From assembly GCA_964485915.1 (NCBI GenBank), contig CAZAKX010000001.1, positions 1,214 through 65,213 of the forward strand: a stretch of DNA of 64,000 nt. Direction: 5' to 3'. The notes below the pieces were generated by a model that searched no databases, was not told the DNA's origin, and was given only the letters and a program-made list of their open reading frames with translations. Source of the DNA: an uncultured Nitrospira sp. (GTDB taxonomy: Bacteria > Nitrospirota > Nitrospiria > Nitrospirales > Nitrospiraceae). The position numbers and the translations under genes were made by a program. Of this stretch, positions 1 to 9,619 are shown piece by piece. How positions within the stretch are numbered: the first letter of the stretch is position 1; the number at the start of each line of letters is the position of its first letter.

Positions 1-137
1 GGGCTATACCGTCGCCGGGATCAGCAGTTGTGGGCGCCTCTCTTGTCTATCGAATCGAGATTGTACTGCCAGCCGTCCGAGATCAGGCTGTGTACGACGC
101 AATCTTCCGAAGCGCACGCGAGCACCTCTTGAAGTGA
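1..137 (+). CDS. 3' end of a DUF5343-like protein (5'-truncated by the window)
   Basis: Not in the ORF track. The frame from nt 3 reads ...LVYRIEIVLPAVRDQAVYDAIFRSAREHLLK*, resembling the C-terminus of DUF5343 proteins. Its TGA overlaps the GTG of the next gene (GTGA coupling). Confidence 0.6.
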   Translation, partial: AIPSPGSAVVGASLVYRIEIVLPAVRDQAVYDAIFRSAREHLLK

Positions 138-721
138 AGGGCTCACGAGTGGATCTCTACGCTTTCGTCTACCGCGGCGTTCTCGCCGGCGAAGCGATTC
201 GCCAGGCTCTTCCATCGACGGATGATTCCGACGCGAAGCAGCCTGAGAGGGACATTCAACGGCGAATGCCGCTGGATACCCTTGATGACGCGTTGGTGCT
301 AGCCGCCAGGAAGATGGCCTGGGTTTACATCGCGATAGCAGCCTTCGAGAACAGCGTTCGTTCTTTTATCGAGGAGCGGTTGCTTGAGAAAGTCGGCGCA
401 AGCTGGTGGGACACGGCAGTGTCGTCGTCTATCAGGAACGATGCGGAGAGACGAAAGAAGGAGGAAGAGCAGATCCGCTGGCACGGTTCCCGCGGGATGT
501 CAAACTTATCCTACGTTCAGCTTGAGGAACTCGCAGTTATCATCCAAAACAATCACGGCCACTTCAGCGACCTCATCCCGACCGTAGAATGGGCACGTGA
601 GATCTTCCGATCCCTCGCTCGATCGCGAAACGTAATTATGCACAGCGGGCAGCTCTCCCTCGCTGACGTCGAGCGAGTGGCGATGAACATTCGGGATTGG
701 GTCAGGCAGGTGGGGGCATGA
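134..721 (+). CDS. Swt1-like HEPN domain protein (putative RNase toxin/defence effector)
   Basis: FENSVRSFI...WW signature and an Rx4H motif (RNVIMH) near the C-terminus. Confidence 0.8.
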   Translation: MKGSRVDLYAFVYRGVLAGEAIRQALPSTDDSDAKQPERDIQRRMPLDTLDDALVLAARKMAWVYIAIAAFENSVRSFIEERLLEKVGASWWDTAVSSSIRNDAERRKKEEEQIRWHGSRGMSNLSYVQLEELAVIIQNNHGHFSDLIPTVEWAREIFRSLARSRNVIMHSGQLSLADVERVAMNIRDWVRQVGA

Positions 722-729
722 AGCGTGCC

Positions 730-786
730 GCCCAACAACCGCATGAAGCGAACGGCGCTGCACGCTGCAGATGCTGAGTGTTAGAC
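730..786 (+). other. attC-like integron recombination site
   Basis: R'' GCCCAAC (730-736), L''-like GCATGAAGC, L'-like GCAGATGC, R' GTTAGAC (780-786). It is 57 bp long and sits directly after a stop codon. Confidence 0.7.
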
Positions 787-828
787 GGCACGACACATAA
801 TCACTATCTTTGTAGGAGATAATAGATC

Positions 829-1011
829 ATGAGCGTTCAACCCTTTGTCTTGAGACCGTATCAGCATGGGCGCGCATTGAATGTGGTCGGAACACAGGTG
901 ACGATGTTGGCGTCGAACGCGGCGACGCAAAGTCGCGGAATTACCTTACGGCAGAGCGAAGAAGGAACAGGCCCTCCGCCGCATCGCCACGATTGGGACG
1001 AAGCGTTCTAT
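829..1011 (+). pseudogene. Truncated cupin, paralogue of 2849-3292
   Basis: The first ~60 codons closely match the intact cupin (VQPFVLRP...PPPH.HDWDEAFY), then similarity ends abruptly. Confidence 0.75.
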
Positions 1012-1166
1012 GGTCTCGTAGTCGCAACTCATGGAAACTATAATGGTAATGGCATATCGCTCTCAATAGTTCTGGCACGTTACACGGAAGGAAATGAGGC
1101 ATATCTTGTCCTCGTGCGGATCGGCCTAGACAGTGTTATGCTTCATGAAAATCGGAGGTCAATACA

Positions 1167-1373
1167 ATGAGCACGAAAGACTTATTAGACGAGGCGATGA
1201 AACTGAAACCGGAGGAACGGTTCACCTTGGTTGAGGGGCTGATACAGAGCCTGGATGAGCCGGATAAAAAGCTCGATGAGATATGGGCGGAAGAATCGGA
1301 AAAACGACTCAAGGCTTATCGGGACGGAAAGCTTACAGGCGTCCCGATGGAGGAACTATTCAAGGACAATTGA
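1167..1373 (+). CDS. Addiction module antitoxin (TIGR02574-like)
   Basis: 68 aa with the L.PEER..L.E.LIQSLD...W.EE...R pattern; TGATG-coupled to a RelE/ParE gene. Confidence 0.85.
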   Translation: MSTKDLLDEAMKLKPEERFTLVEGLIQSLDEPDKKLDEIWAEESEKRLKAYRDGKLTGVPMEELFKDN

Positions 1374-1669
1374 TGCGCGTCGTATTCACCAGAATAGCGA
1401 CGCAAGAATTGGAAGATGCTATACGTTTTTATGAGCTCGAATATGTAGGGCTCGGGAGTAAGTTCAAAGAGGAAGTGAGAAAGGCTGCCTTACGAGTTGC
1501 CGAGTATCCCAAAGCATGGTCCTTAGAGCGGGGTGAAGTCAGGAAGTGTCTCCTCCACAAGTTCCCATATAAGTTGATGTACTCCGTGGAAGAAGACCAC
1601 ATTCTCGTCATCGCGGTCGCCCATCAACACCGAAAGCCGGACTACTGGGTTGGAAGGGATGAAACATAA
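1373..1669 (+). CDS. RelE/ParE family toxin
   Basis: MRVVF...A..ELEDA..FYE...FPY.L.Y...I.VIAVAH..RKP.YW. Start moved to the ATG overlapping the antitoxin stop. Confidence 0.85.
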   Translation: MRVVFTRIATQELEDAIRFYELEYVGLGSKFKEEVRKAALRVAEYPKAWSLERGEVRKCLLHKFPYKLMYSVEEDHILVIAVAHQHRKPDYWVGRDET

Positions 1670-1705
1670 CAAGCCTATCCAGCCACCACCGAAGGAAGAT
1701 GGCGT
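1664..1705 (+). other. Left half of a degenerate attC-like site
   Basis: ACATAAC-AAGCCTATCCAGCC overlaps the toxin stop codon and is near-complementary to GTTATGC (1135-1141) just before the antitoxin. Confidence 0.5.
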
Positions 1706-1951
1706 GACCTACCTGTGCGTTGCTGACGTCCAAATTACTGACCGAAAGATCGGGAAGTCCATCGGTCGGGCGACCAGCGGTCAGTCATCAGGCGGTGAAA
1801 AGGTGCAACTGATGCGAATGGTCGGCCACGTTCGCCAAAAAAGGTTAGACATTCCCGAAGCCACTCCCATCACGAACACAATGGGTAGATCCCACACCTA
1901 TGCGGATCGGTCTGAACATAGGTAGGCCGTGAATTCTCACCACACGTAACC

Positions 1952-2669
1952 ATGCCTCAAGATTGTACATGGATATTTGGCCGTGGGGCATCAATCGCCA
2001 ATGGTCTTCCATGGGTTGTGCCTCAATTGTGGAAAGACGATCTCATCGCAGAGCAAGTGACACGCGACGCTCACGTCCAAATGATTACGAACACGCTGCG
2101 CAACCCCATATCGTCGGTTGCTCGACGCCATGTCGACGAAAACTGTTTCTGATGGTCATCACAGACTTCTTACGACGAACTGGGACAACTTGCTTCAGCG
2201 CGATGTCTTCGACTGGGTTGAGGCAAACACGCCTGGCTATGCGCCACGATTTCTGAGTACTCCTGGCACGGTCTACCACCTGAACGGCTCTGTCGAACAA
2301 GGGAATTTTAAAAACCGCAGCCCGTTTTTACTGGAAACCGACTCCCCGAGTGTTCGGAAGTCGACGTTTGAAGCCAATCAAGCACTTAACCTCTTGTTAT
2401 GTTCGACGCTTGTGGTCGTTGTCGGGATGTCGTTTGAGTGCAACATGGATTGTGGACTGTTGGGCATACTCAGGGCACACCAGGATAATGTTCCGATCGG
2501 CAGTGCATCCTTCGTAATCGTGGAACCGAACAAAGAGAAGCTTGAATCCACATACGCGACGCTAGCGTATTGCTTTCCCCGGGCGGGCGGTATCAGGGTC
2601 AATAAGGGGTTTGTGGAATGGATGGATAGTGGCATGCCCGAGCTTGTGCCGCGGCTCTTCAGCATATGA
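1952..2669 (+). pseudogene. SIR2-like (SIR2_2-type) protein, frameshifted
   Basis: The N-terminal IFGRGASIANGLP motif is in one frame. LTTNWD, VYHLNGS and LVVVVGMSF are in another, with the switch near 2100-2110. Confidence 0.7.
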
Positions 2670-2679
2670 ATGAATGTCA

Positions 2680-2806
2680 GCTGTAACGCGTTCGAGTCGG
2701 ACGAGGTTCAGCGCTGCATCCATCACGGTGCCGGTCTGTACAGGCGTTCGGACGACGCTTAGCATCCCCCGAACAGCCCTGCCGCTAGGGTATGTGGCTG
2801 TTAGGC
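2680..2806 (+). other. Degenerate attC-like site
   Basis: TGTAAC-GCGTTCGAGTCGGAC follows the SIR2-like stop, and GTTAGGC (2800-2806) precedes the cupin. Confidence 0.45.
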
Positions 2807-2848
2807 AAAACCCAGGTAATCACCATCTTTATTGGAGGCAGCGAGATC

Positions 2849-3292
2849 ATGAACGTTCAACCCTTTGTCTTGAGACCTGGTCAGCGTGAGCCAGCATTGA
2901 ATGTGGTTGGAACACAGGTGACGGTGTTGGCGTCGAACGCGGCGACACAAAGTTATGGCATCACATTGCAGCAGGGCGAGGAAGGCACAGGACCGCCGCC
3001 GCATAGTCATGACTGGGACGAGGCGTTCTACGTCCTGAAAGGGGAGATTCACTTCATTTGCGACGGGAAAGACTATGCCTGCACTGTGGGGACTCTGGTG
3101 CACGTTCCTCGAGGCACCGTTCATGGTTTTCGCTATGGGAGAGGCGGTGGTCAGATGCTTGAGATTACGGGGGCTGGGGCGTTAGCAACTCAGATGTTCA
3201 CAGCCATCGACAAGGAGATTCCCCCCGGACCGCCGGATGGTCCCAAGCTGCTTGATGTGCTCCAGCGCAATGGGGTCACTGTCGCGGTGTGA
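2849..3292 (+). CDS. Cupin domain protein
   Basis: PPPHSHDWDEAFYVL.G and G..VHVPRG..HGF cupin motifs; GGAGG upstream. Confidence 0.9.
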   Translation: MNVQPFVLRPGQREPALNVVGTQVTVLASNAATQSYGITLQQGEEGTGPPPHSHDWDEAFYVLKGEIHFICDGKDYACTVGTLVHVPRGTVHGFRYGRGGGQMLEITGAGALATQMFTAIDKEIPPGPPDGPKLLDVLQRNGVTVAV

Positions 3293-3481
3293 TCAGCTGC
3301 CCGCTTGACGGACGCACGCCCAATCCCACGTGCGTTGAGAACGAGCTGCTTTCGAACGTAGACCCACGATCGCCCATGCGCTGTTCCGGAGATGGGCACC
3401 TTTGTCGTGGCAACGGAGGTCTGCCGACAGTATACTTAATTGCCAGGTATGAACGGCTGCAGAGTGTTAGTGTTATAGTGA

Positions 3482-3733
<252 letters not shown>

Positions 3734-3742
3734 GCGCGCAGG

Positions 3743-4102
3743 ATGCCGACTCGTTTCAAACTCGACGAGAATGTTCCTCGTGATGCTGGGACCTTGCTTC
3801 AGCAGGCCGGTCACGATGTCCATACCGTGCTGGCCGAGCAGCTGGGAGGCAAGCCCGATTCACGAGTGTTTGGTGCATCCCAGGCAGAGGAAAGAGTTCT
3901 CGTCACGTTCGATCTCGATTTCTCTGATATCCGCGTCTACCCTCCAGCAAGTCACCATGGAATATGGGTATTGCGCCCACATACACAAGGTATCGAAAAC
4001 ACACTGGTGCTGCTGAAATCCGCGTTACGAGTTCTTGAAAATGAGCCTACGAACGGGCGTTTGTGGATCATTGAACCTAAACGGGTTCGCATTCATGAAT
4101 AG
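3743..4102 (+). CDS. DUF5615 family PIN-like toxin
   Basis: FKLDEN...GHDV...D...A..E.R.L.T.D.DF signature; adjacent to DUF433. Confidence 0.88.
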   Translation: MPTRFKLDENVPRDAGTLLQQAGHDVHTVLAEQLGGKPDSRVFGASQAEERVLVTFDLDFSDIRVYPPASHHGIWVLRPHTQGIENTLVLLKSALRVLENEPTNGRLWIIEPKRVRIHE

Positions 4103-4297
4103 GTGGTGATTTCACGCCTAGGCCAAGCGGAGAAGCTGTTTCCAATATGAACATCCCTAAAGCCATCTCGATCGTGCAAGAAAAGATCCCCAGCAGGATT
4201 GTGGGGCCTTTTAACCTTCTTCAGATCCCGATGCCCTCACTCTTTTGACCCCTACCTGTTATACTGATCCATCCCATCGTTATTCTGGAATCACCGC

Positions 4298-5755
4298 ATG
4301 AGCTCTCCAACCTGGGATGAATTCGCCGAGCTTGCGCTGAAACGGATTGCGGCATTAGGCGCGGAGTACGGCGACATTCGCATTCAGGATAGCCGCACGG
4401 AGCATATCGAAGCCGAAGATCGTCGAATTGCGTCGATTCGAGATATCCAAGACATCGGCTTCGGCGTGCGCGTGTTGTATCACGGCGCGTGGGGCTTTGC
4501 CGCGAGTTCGGTCCTGTCACTTGAAGAAGTGCCGCGTGTCACGGACCTGGCGGTCGAGATTGCCAAAGGATCTGCTTCGATCGCCCTTGAAAAAGTACGG
4601 TTCGCTGAAGAGCCGATACATCGTGACCGCATCGTCACGCCATATCGCATCGATCCCTTCACCATACCGCTTGAAAAGAAAACTGACTTACTGCTGAATA
4701 CGATGGAAACGCTCCATCGACAATCCGGTATTGCGCGGAGCAGCGCGAGCCTGTGGGCTCGGCGAGACAAAAAGCTGTTCGTCTCGACGGAAGGGTCACG
4801 CATAGAATGGGATTTGTTGGCGAGCCAGGGTGAATGTACAGCCACCGCCTTGCATGAAGGCCGGTTTGCGTCGCGCAGCTTCAATACACCCCATCTTCGA
4901 AAAGGCTATGAACTGATAGAGGAGGCCGATTTTCTACGGGAGGCATCACGTGTTGCCGATCAGGCGGTCGAAAAGGTCAAGGCTCCGGCGGTCGATGCGG
5001 GCCAGTATGATCTGGTGCTCGACCCAGAGCATCTGTCGTTAACGATCCATGAGTCTTGTGGCCATCCGAGCGAACTGGACCGTGCGCTTGGGTACGAAGC
5101 CAATTATGCAGGGACCAGCTTTCTGACACCCGACAAACTGGGCAACTTTCGCTATGGCTCGCGGCATGTGAATTTGGTTGCCGATAACACAGAACCAGAA
5201 ACGCTGGCTGCGACCGGCTACGATGACGACGGAGTGATGTGCCAAAAGTGGGATATCATCCGGGACGGGCTCTTCGTTGGTTACTGCACCAATCGAGAAG
5301 TCGCAGTGAAAATCGGCGACACGCGGTCGCGCGGCTCGAATCGAGCTGATGGATGGGGAAATATTCCGATGGTCCGCATCGCGAATATAGGACTAGAGCC
5401 CGGCTCAGCGACCGTCGATCAACTGATTGCCGACGTGAAGCACGGCATCTACATCGAAGGGCATGGGTCTTATAGCATCGATCAGCGCCGGTACAATTTT
5501 CAGTTCGGTGGCGACGCGTTCTGGCTGATTGAAAATGGGCGACGGACCCGCATGCTGCGGGATGTGATCTACCATGGAATCACGCCGGAATTCTGGAACA
5601 GTTGTGACGGGGTCGCCGACCGGTCCACTCGGCGGCGCTATGGATTCATTACGTGCGGAAAAGGGCAGCCAGGTCAGTCGGGTTGGATGACCCATGCGGC
5701 ATCACCTGCGAGATTCCGGCGGATCCAGGTAATCAAGGGAGAGGGCCACGGATGA
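4298..5755 (+). CDS. tldD: TldD family metalloprotease
   Basis: HESCGHPSE zinc motif and C-terminal CGKGQPGQ. Confidence 0.92.
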   Translation: MSSPTWDEFAELALKRIAALGAEYGDIRIQDSRTEHIEAEDRRIASIRDIQDIGFGVRVLYHGAWGFAASSVLSLEEVPRVTDLAVEIAKGSASIALEKVRFAEEPIHRDRIVTPYRIDPFTIPLEKKTDLLLNTMETLHRQSGIARSSASLWARRDKKLFVSTEGSRIEWDLLASQGECTATALHEGRFASRSFNTPHLRKGYELIEEADFLREASRVADQAVEKVKAPAVDAGQYDLVLDPEHLSLTIHESCGHPSELDRALGYEANYAGTSFLTPDKLGNFRYGSRHVNLVADNTEPETLAATGYDDDGVMCQKWDIIRDGLFVGYCTNREVAVKIGDTRSRGSNRADGWGNIPMVRIANIGLEPGSATVDQLIADVKHGIYIEGHGSYSIDQRRYNFQFGGDAFWLIENGRRTRMLRDVIYHGITPEFWNSCDGVADRSTRRRYGFITCGKGQPGQSGWMTHAASPARFRRIQVIKGEGHG

Positions 5756-7092
5756 CACCCAATGGTGACCGGCGGCCAAACCTGACCAGCCAAGAGGAAT
5801 TTCGTTTTCTGAGTGAGCTGGTCCTGACGCGCTCGTCGGCTGATCATACGATCGTCAGGCTTCGCGATCACCAGGCCGGAACAACCAGGTTCGCGAATAA
5901 TCAAGTCATTCAAAATGTCGATGCGAGACAGGGCTCACTGGCGGTGACGGTCGCCTTCGGAGGTCGGCAGGGGACTGCCAGCACGACCGATTTTACCGCC
6001 GGCGCGATTCAGGAGACGCTCGCTCGTGCCGAGCGCATTGCCACGGTGTCACCCATAGACCCTGAATACCTTCCGCCTCCGGATCCATGTGTCTTCCCGA
6101 TCAGGGACACCGCGAAACCGGAGACGATGGCGGCAGGACCCTCGCGCCGTCTGGAGTACGCAAGCGAAGCGATCGGTCAGTGCCGGATGGAGAATCTCAC
6201 GGGGGCAGGAATAGTCTCGTCCTCAGCGACAGCCGTCGGGATTGCTGCAGACAACGGACTGTTCGGCTATGAACGTCGAGCGGGTGCGAGTTTTAGTCTG
6301 ACGGTCCAGGCCGGCGATGCGACCGGGTGGAGCGCGGCTGCCCATCGATCGATCGATCACTTGAAGGTCCAGGAGCGTACGTTGGCGACGATCAGCAAAG
6401 CCAAACGTGGCCGTGATGTGTGCGAGTTACCCGCAGGACGGTATCCCGTGATTCTTGAATCGGCTGCCGTGGCTGGACTATGGGCCTGGCTGATCCGATC
6501 GCTTGATGCGAAGTCGTATCTAAAGGGGACGAGTCCCTTCGCAGAGAAACTAGGGCGGACAATTGTTGATGAACGCATCACGCTTCAGAACAGCCCCGAC
6601 CATATGGACCTATTCGGCGAAAGTTTTTCCAACGACGGCTTGCCGAGTCTGCCATCGGTGTGGATCGATCACGGAACGTTAAAACAGCTGGCCTACGACC
6701 GATTCACGGCAAAAAGCCAGGGTGTGGCAACCATCCCCACCCTGGAGGCGCCCATGTTGTCTGTGGCGGGGCCCTCGGTGCATTCAGTTCAGGATCTTAT
6801 CAAAAGTACCGCACGAGCCATTCTCGTGACGAATTTTTGGTATATCCGCCCCGTCAATCTCCGTCATCTCATGCTGACCGGGATGACGCGGGATGGGACA
6901 TTTCTGATTGAAAACGGGGAGATTGTTTCAGCGGTGAAAAACTTTCGATTTCATGAGAGCCCGCTGCAGGTATTTCAGCACATCGACCTATGGACTGCAC
7001 CAATGGAGGCCGTGAACTCGGAGACCGGGAAGCTGCTGGTCCCAGCGATGGCCTTGCCCCAATTCCGCTTCTCCAGTGTGACCCGCTTCTAA
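5752..7092 (+). CDS. TldE/PmbA family protein
   Basis: TRFANN..IQN, PAGRY.VILE and TG.TRDG.FLIENG motifs; ATGA overlap with tldD. Confidence 0.88.
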   Translation: MTPNGDRRPNLTSQEEFRFLSELVLTRSSADHTIVRLRDHQAGTTRFANNQVIQNVDARQGSLAVTVAFGGRQGTASTTDFTAGAIQETLARAERIATVSPIDPEYLPPPDPCVFPIRDTAKPETMAAGPSRRLEYASEAIGQCRMENLTGAGIVSSSATAVGIAADNGLFGYERRAGASFSLTVQAGDATGWSAAAHRSIDHLKVQERTLATISKAKRGRDVCELPAGRYPVILESAAVAGLWAWLIRSLDAKSYLKGTSPFAEKLGRTIVDERITLQNSPDHMDLFGESFSNDGLPSLPSVWIDHGTLKQLAYDRFTAKSQGVATIPTLEAPMLSVAGPSVHSVQDLIKSTARAILVTNFWYIRPVNLRHLMLTGMTRDGTFLIENGEIVSAVKNFRFHESPLQVFQHIDLWTAPMEAVNSETGKLLVPAMALPQFRFSSVTRF

Positions 7093-7210
7093 GCTATTGT
7101 TAAAAAATACGAATATATTGATAGATTCTGGTATCCTTCCAGATAAAAGGGTTGACTCTTGCGTCCTTCAGGAGTAAATAATTCATATACTTGAGAGAAG
7201 GAATTAGCCT

Positions 7211-7873
7211 ATGGCCCCTCGATACAACCAAGAGCCGATCAACCTCATTGATCGAATTCCCTCGCAGAAGCAGATAGACGAGGCCCGACCGGTCCCTACC
7301 CCGTACGGCCAATTTCTCCTCGACGTTGGGGCCAAATGTTGGCGGAGCGTCGTCGAATTTCTTGCGCGGGTGACGCGATATGAGGATGAGACGCCGTCCT
7401 CCGTCCAGACTACAACTGGTCTACAAAATGGCCAAGCTCTTTCCGCGATAGCTCAGGTCACTACGCAATCTGACCAGGTTGGTGAGTGTGTGAATAGCGA
7501 AACCGCAGTAACGGCGCGAGTCAGCGAGACGCATAATTCAGCTATTCAGGAAGGAGCCATCCCGCAACAGGGAGCGACCCCAACGGTGGTCCAGCCTGAA
7601 ATGATCTCTGAACTCCGATCGTTTCTCATTAGACAGCAAGATCAGATCGCGTACCTCTCCAGCGAAATTGCTCAGTTGAAATCGTTGGTGGTTTCCCAAC
7701 AACAGGTGCTTGTTCATCTCGGGCAGGAGCTGGAAGCCGAAAGCTTTCCCACGGTGGCGACAGGCATGGGGTCAAATCCGGCTAAGCGGGGACGAATTGT
7801 TCGGAAGAACCCCACCACAAAAGAAAAATCGCTTCCACCGCAAGAACCTGAAAGTCAGTCCCTCAATCTCTAG
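7211..7873 (+). CDS. Hypothetical protein with a coiled-coil segment
   Basis: 220-aa ORF with an AAGGA RBS and an AT-rich upstream region containing TTGACT-N17-TAAATA. Confidence 0.6.
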   Translation: MAPRYNQEPINLIDRIPSQKQIDEARPVPTPYGQFLLDVGAKCWRSVVEFLARVTRYEDETPSSVQTTTGLQNGQALSAIAQVTTQSDQVGECVNSETAVTARVSETHNSAIQEGAIPQQGATPTVVQPEMISELRSFLIRQQDQIAYLSSEIAQLKSLVVSQQQVLVHLGQELEAESFPTVATGMGSNPAKRGRIVRKNPTTKEKSLPPQEPESQSLNL

Positions 7874-7944
7874 ATCGCCGATTACGGCGCCAGTGGATAC
7901 CTTCCTCTAGCCAGGTCCTGGCCTGGTCTGTTAAAAAACCGTCC

Positions 7945-9588
7945 ATGACGATCTCTCGCCTCGTATTGGGGAGCGCATTCTGGCTGGTTCTGTTTATGTT
8001 TATGAGCGAGATTGTTGCGGCTGCTGAACCTCCTCTCACTCAGGTGCCGCTCTATGACAATCTCGGTACTCACCATCATCCCATCACCACTACGTCCACT
8101 GGGGCACAACGATACTTTGATCAAGGATTGCGGATGGTCTACGCCTTTAACCACGAAGAAGCCATTCTGGCGTTTGAAGCAGCGGCTCGCCTGGACCCCA
8201 CTGCAGCCATGGCCTACTGGGGGATCGCCCTCGCGTTGGGACCCAATATCAATATGGCCATGGATAAAGCAGACGAGCGACGTGCGTGGGAGGCTGTCCA
8301 GAAAGCTACATTCCAGAGCGCCCACGTGAGTGCCGCAGAACGGGCCTACATCGCCGCGATCAGCAAGCGGTATAGTCAAAAATCCCAGGCCCGGGGACCT
8401 CTCGATAAGGCGTATGCGGAGGCGATGCGAACCGTATGGCGCCAGTTTCCTGACGACCCGGATGCGGGAGTCCTCTTTGCGGAAGCCTTGATGGATCTCC
8501 GGCCATGGGATCTCTGGACAGCGGGAGGACAGCCTAGACCAGGGACCGACGAAATCGTGTCGACATTGGAATCGATTCTCGCGAGGTTCCCGGATCATCC
8601 TGGAGCCTGCCATTACTATATTCACAGCGTGGAGGCCTCGCCGAAGCCGGAACGGGCGTTGGAGTGCGCAAAGCGGCTGCCCGACCTCATGCCGGGCGCC
8701 GGTCATATCGTCCACATGCCTGCTCACATCTACATGCGTCTTGGTCGATACCATGACGTCGCGGAGCGGAATGCGCATGCGGCGCACGTCGATGAGGAGT
8801 ATTTGGCGAAACGGAAGCTGAACGGCGACTACGCCGATGGCTACTACACACACAATCTCCACTTTCTCTGGGCTTCCTTGATGATGGAGGGAAGAAAAAC
8901 GGAAGCCTTAACAGTGGCTCGGCAATTGACTAAGACGATTACCGAACAAGAGGCGCGGAAGGATACCTGGAAAGAGTTCTATCTCCCTGCCGCACTGTGG
9001 TCCATGATTCGATTCGGCCAATGGGATGTACTACTTCACGAGCTGGCTCCGCCCAAGACATTGCGCTTGCAGCAGGCCATCTGGAGATTGGGAAGGGGCA
9101 TGGCGCTGGCGGCGTCTGGTCGCTTGCCTGGAGCCGAAGGGGAACATTTTGTACTGGCTGGGCTGGCGAAGCGAATCGGGCGTGATCGAACCGCAGAGGA
9201 AAAGACGGAACGAGTGTTGGCAAAGATCGCCGAGCGATTGTTGGCCGGTGAAATCGCCCTGCATTCCAACAAGCTGGATGAGGCGACCACCGCACTCTCG
9301 GAGGCGCTGAAGCTTGAAGACGCATTGCCGTACAGCGAACCGTCCTTGTGGCCGATTCCCATTCGGCATTACTTAGGTGCGCTCCTATTGAAATCCGGGC
9401 AATCCAACCGTGCCGAATCGGTCTATCGGGCAGATCTGGGGAAGAATCCACAGAACGGCTGGGCGTACTATGGGTTGCTGCAAAGCCTCCGCGCTCAACA
9501 GAAAGGGCGGGAGGCGGCGAGGATTGAGGAGCAATTCAAGAAGGCATGGGTGCACGCGGATGTGACACTCACGGCGTCTCGATTTTGA
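7945..9588 (+). CDS. Exported TPR-repeat protein
   Basis: Signal peptide, AQRYFDQG...FNHEEA, HYYIH..E and GHIVHMPAHIY motifs, and helical repeats. Confidence 0.85.
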   Translation: MTISRLVLGSAFWLVLFMFMSEIVAAAEPPLTQVPLYDNLGTHHHPITTTSTGAQRYFDQGLRMVYAFNHEEAILAFEAAARLDPTAAMAYWGIALALGPNINMAMDKADERRAWEAVQKATFQSAHVSAAERAYIAAISKRYSQKSQARGPLDKAYAEAMRTVWRQFPDDPDAGVLFAEALMDLRPWDLWTAGGQPRPGTDEIVSTLESILARFPDHPGACHYYIHSVEASPKPERALECAKRLPDLMPGAGHIVHMPAHIYMRLGRYHDVAERNAHAAHVDEEYLAKRKLNGDYADGYYTHNLHFLWASLMMEGRKTEALTVARQLTKTITEQEARKDTWKEFYLPAALWSMIRFGQWDVLLHELAPPKTLRLQQAIWRLGRGMALAASGRLPGAEGEHFVLAGLAKRIGRDRTAEEKTERVLAKIAERLLAGEIALHSNKLDEATTALSEALKLEDALPYSEPSLWPIPIRHYLGALLLKSGQSNRAESVYRADLGKNPQNGWAYYGLLQSLRAQQKGREAARIEEQFKKAWVHADVTLTASRF

Positions 9589-9619
9589 AAGATTGTCGGA
9601 GTCTGGTTAGGAGGAAGGC

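Noticed and set aside
829-1170. 113-aa ORF as an intact gene
   Set aside because: Cupin similarity stops at ~1011, before the second cupin motif; the tail is unrelated sequence.
1670-1950. Complete attC after the RelE/ParE gene, using GTTAGAC at 1844 or GGTAGGC at 1921
   Set aside because: The spacing is too long and there is no matching L' box, so only the left half is reported.
7882-8862. Long antisense ORFs (this one, and 9607-10311, 45762-46544, 53426-54316, 61434-62033)
   Set aside because: They are shadow frames opposite well-supported genes and carry no recognisable motifs.
4298-9588. TldD/TldE plus neighbours as a RiPP biosynthetic cluster
   Set aside because: No precursor peptide, YcaO or radical SAM enzyme, or transporter is nearby; this is consistent with a housekeeping tldDE pair.
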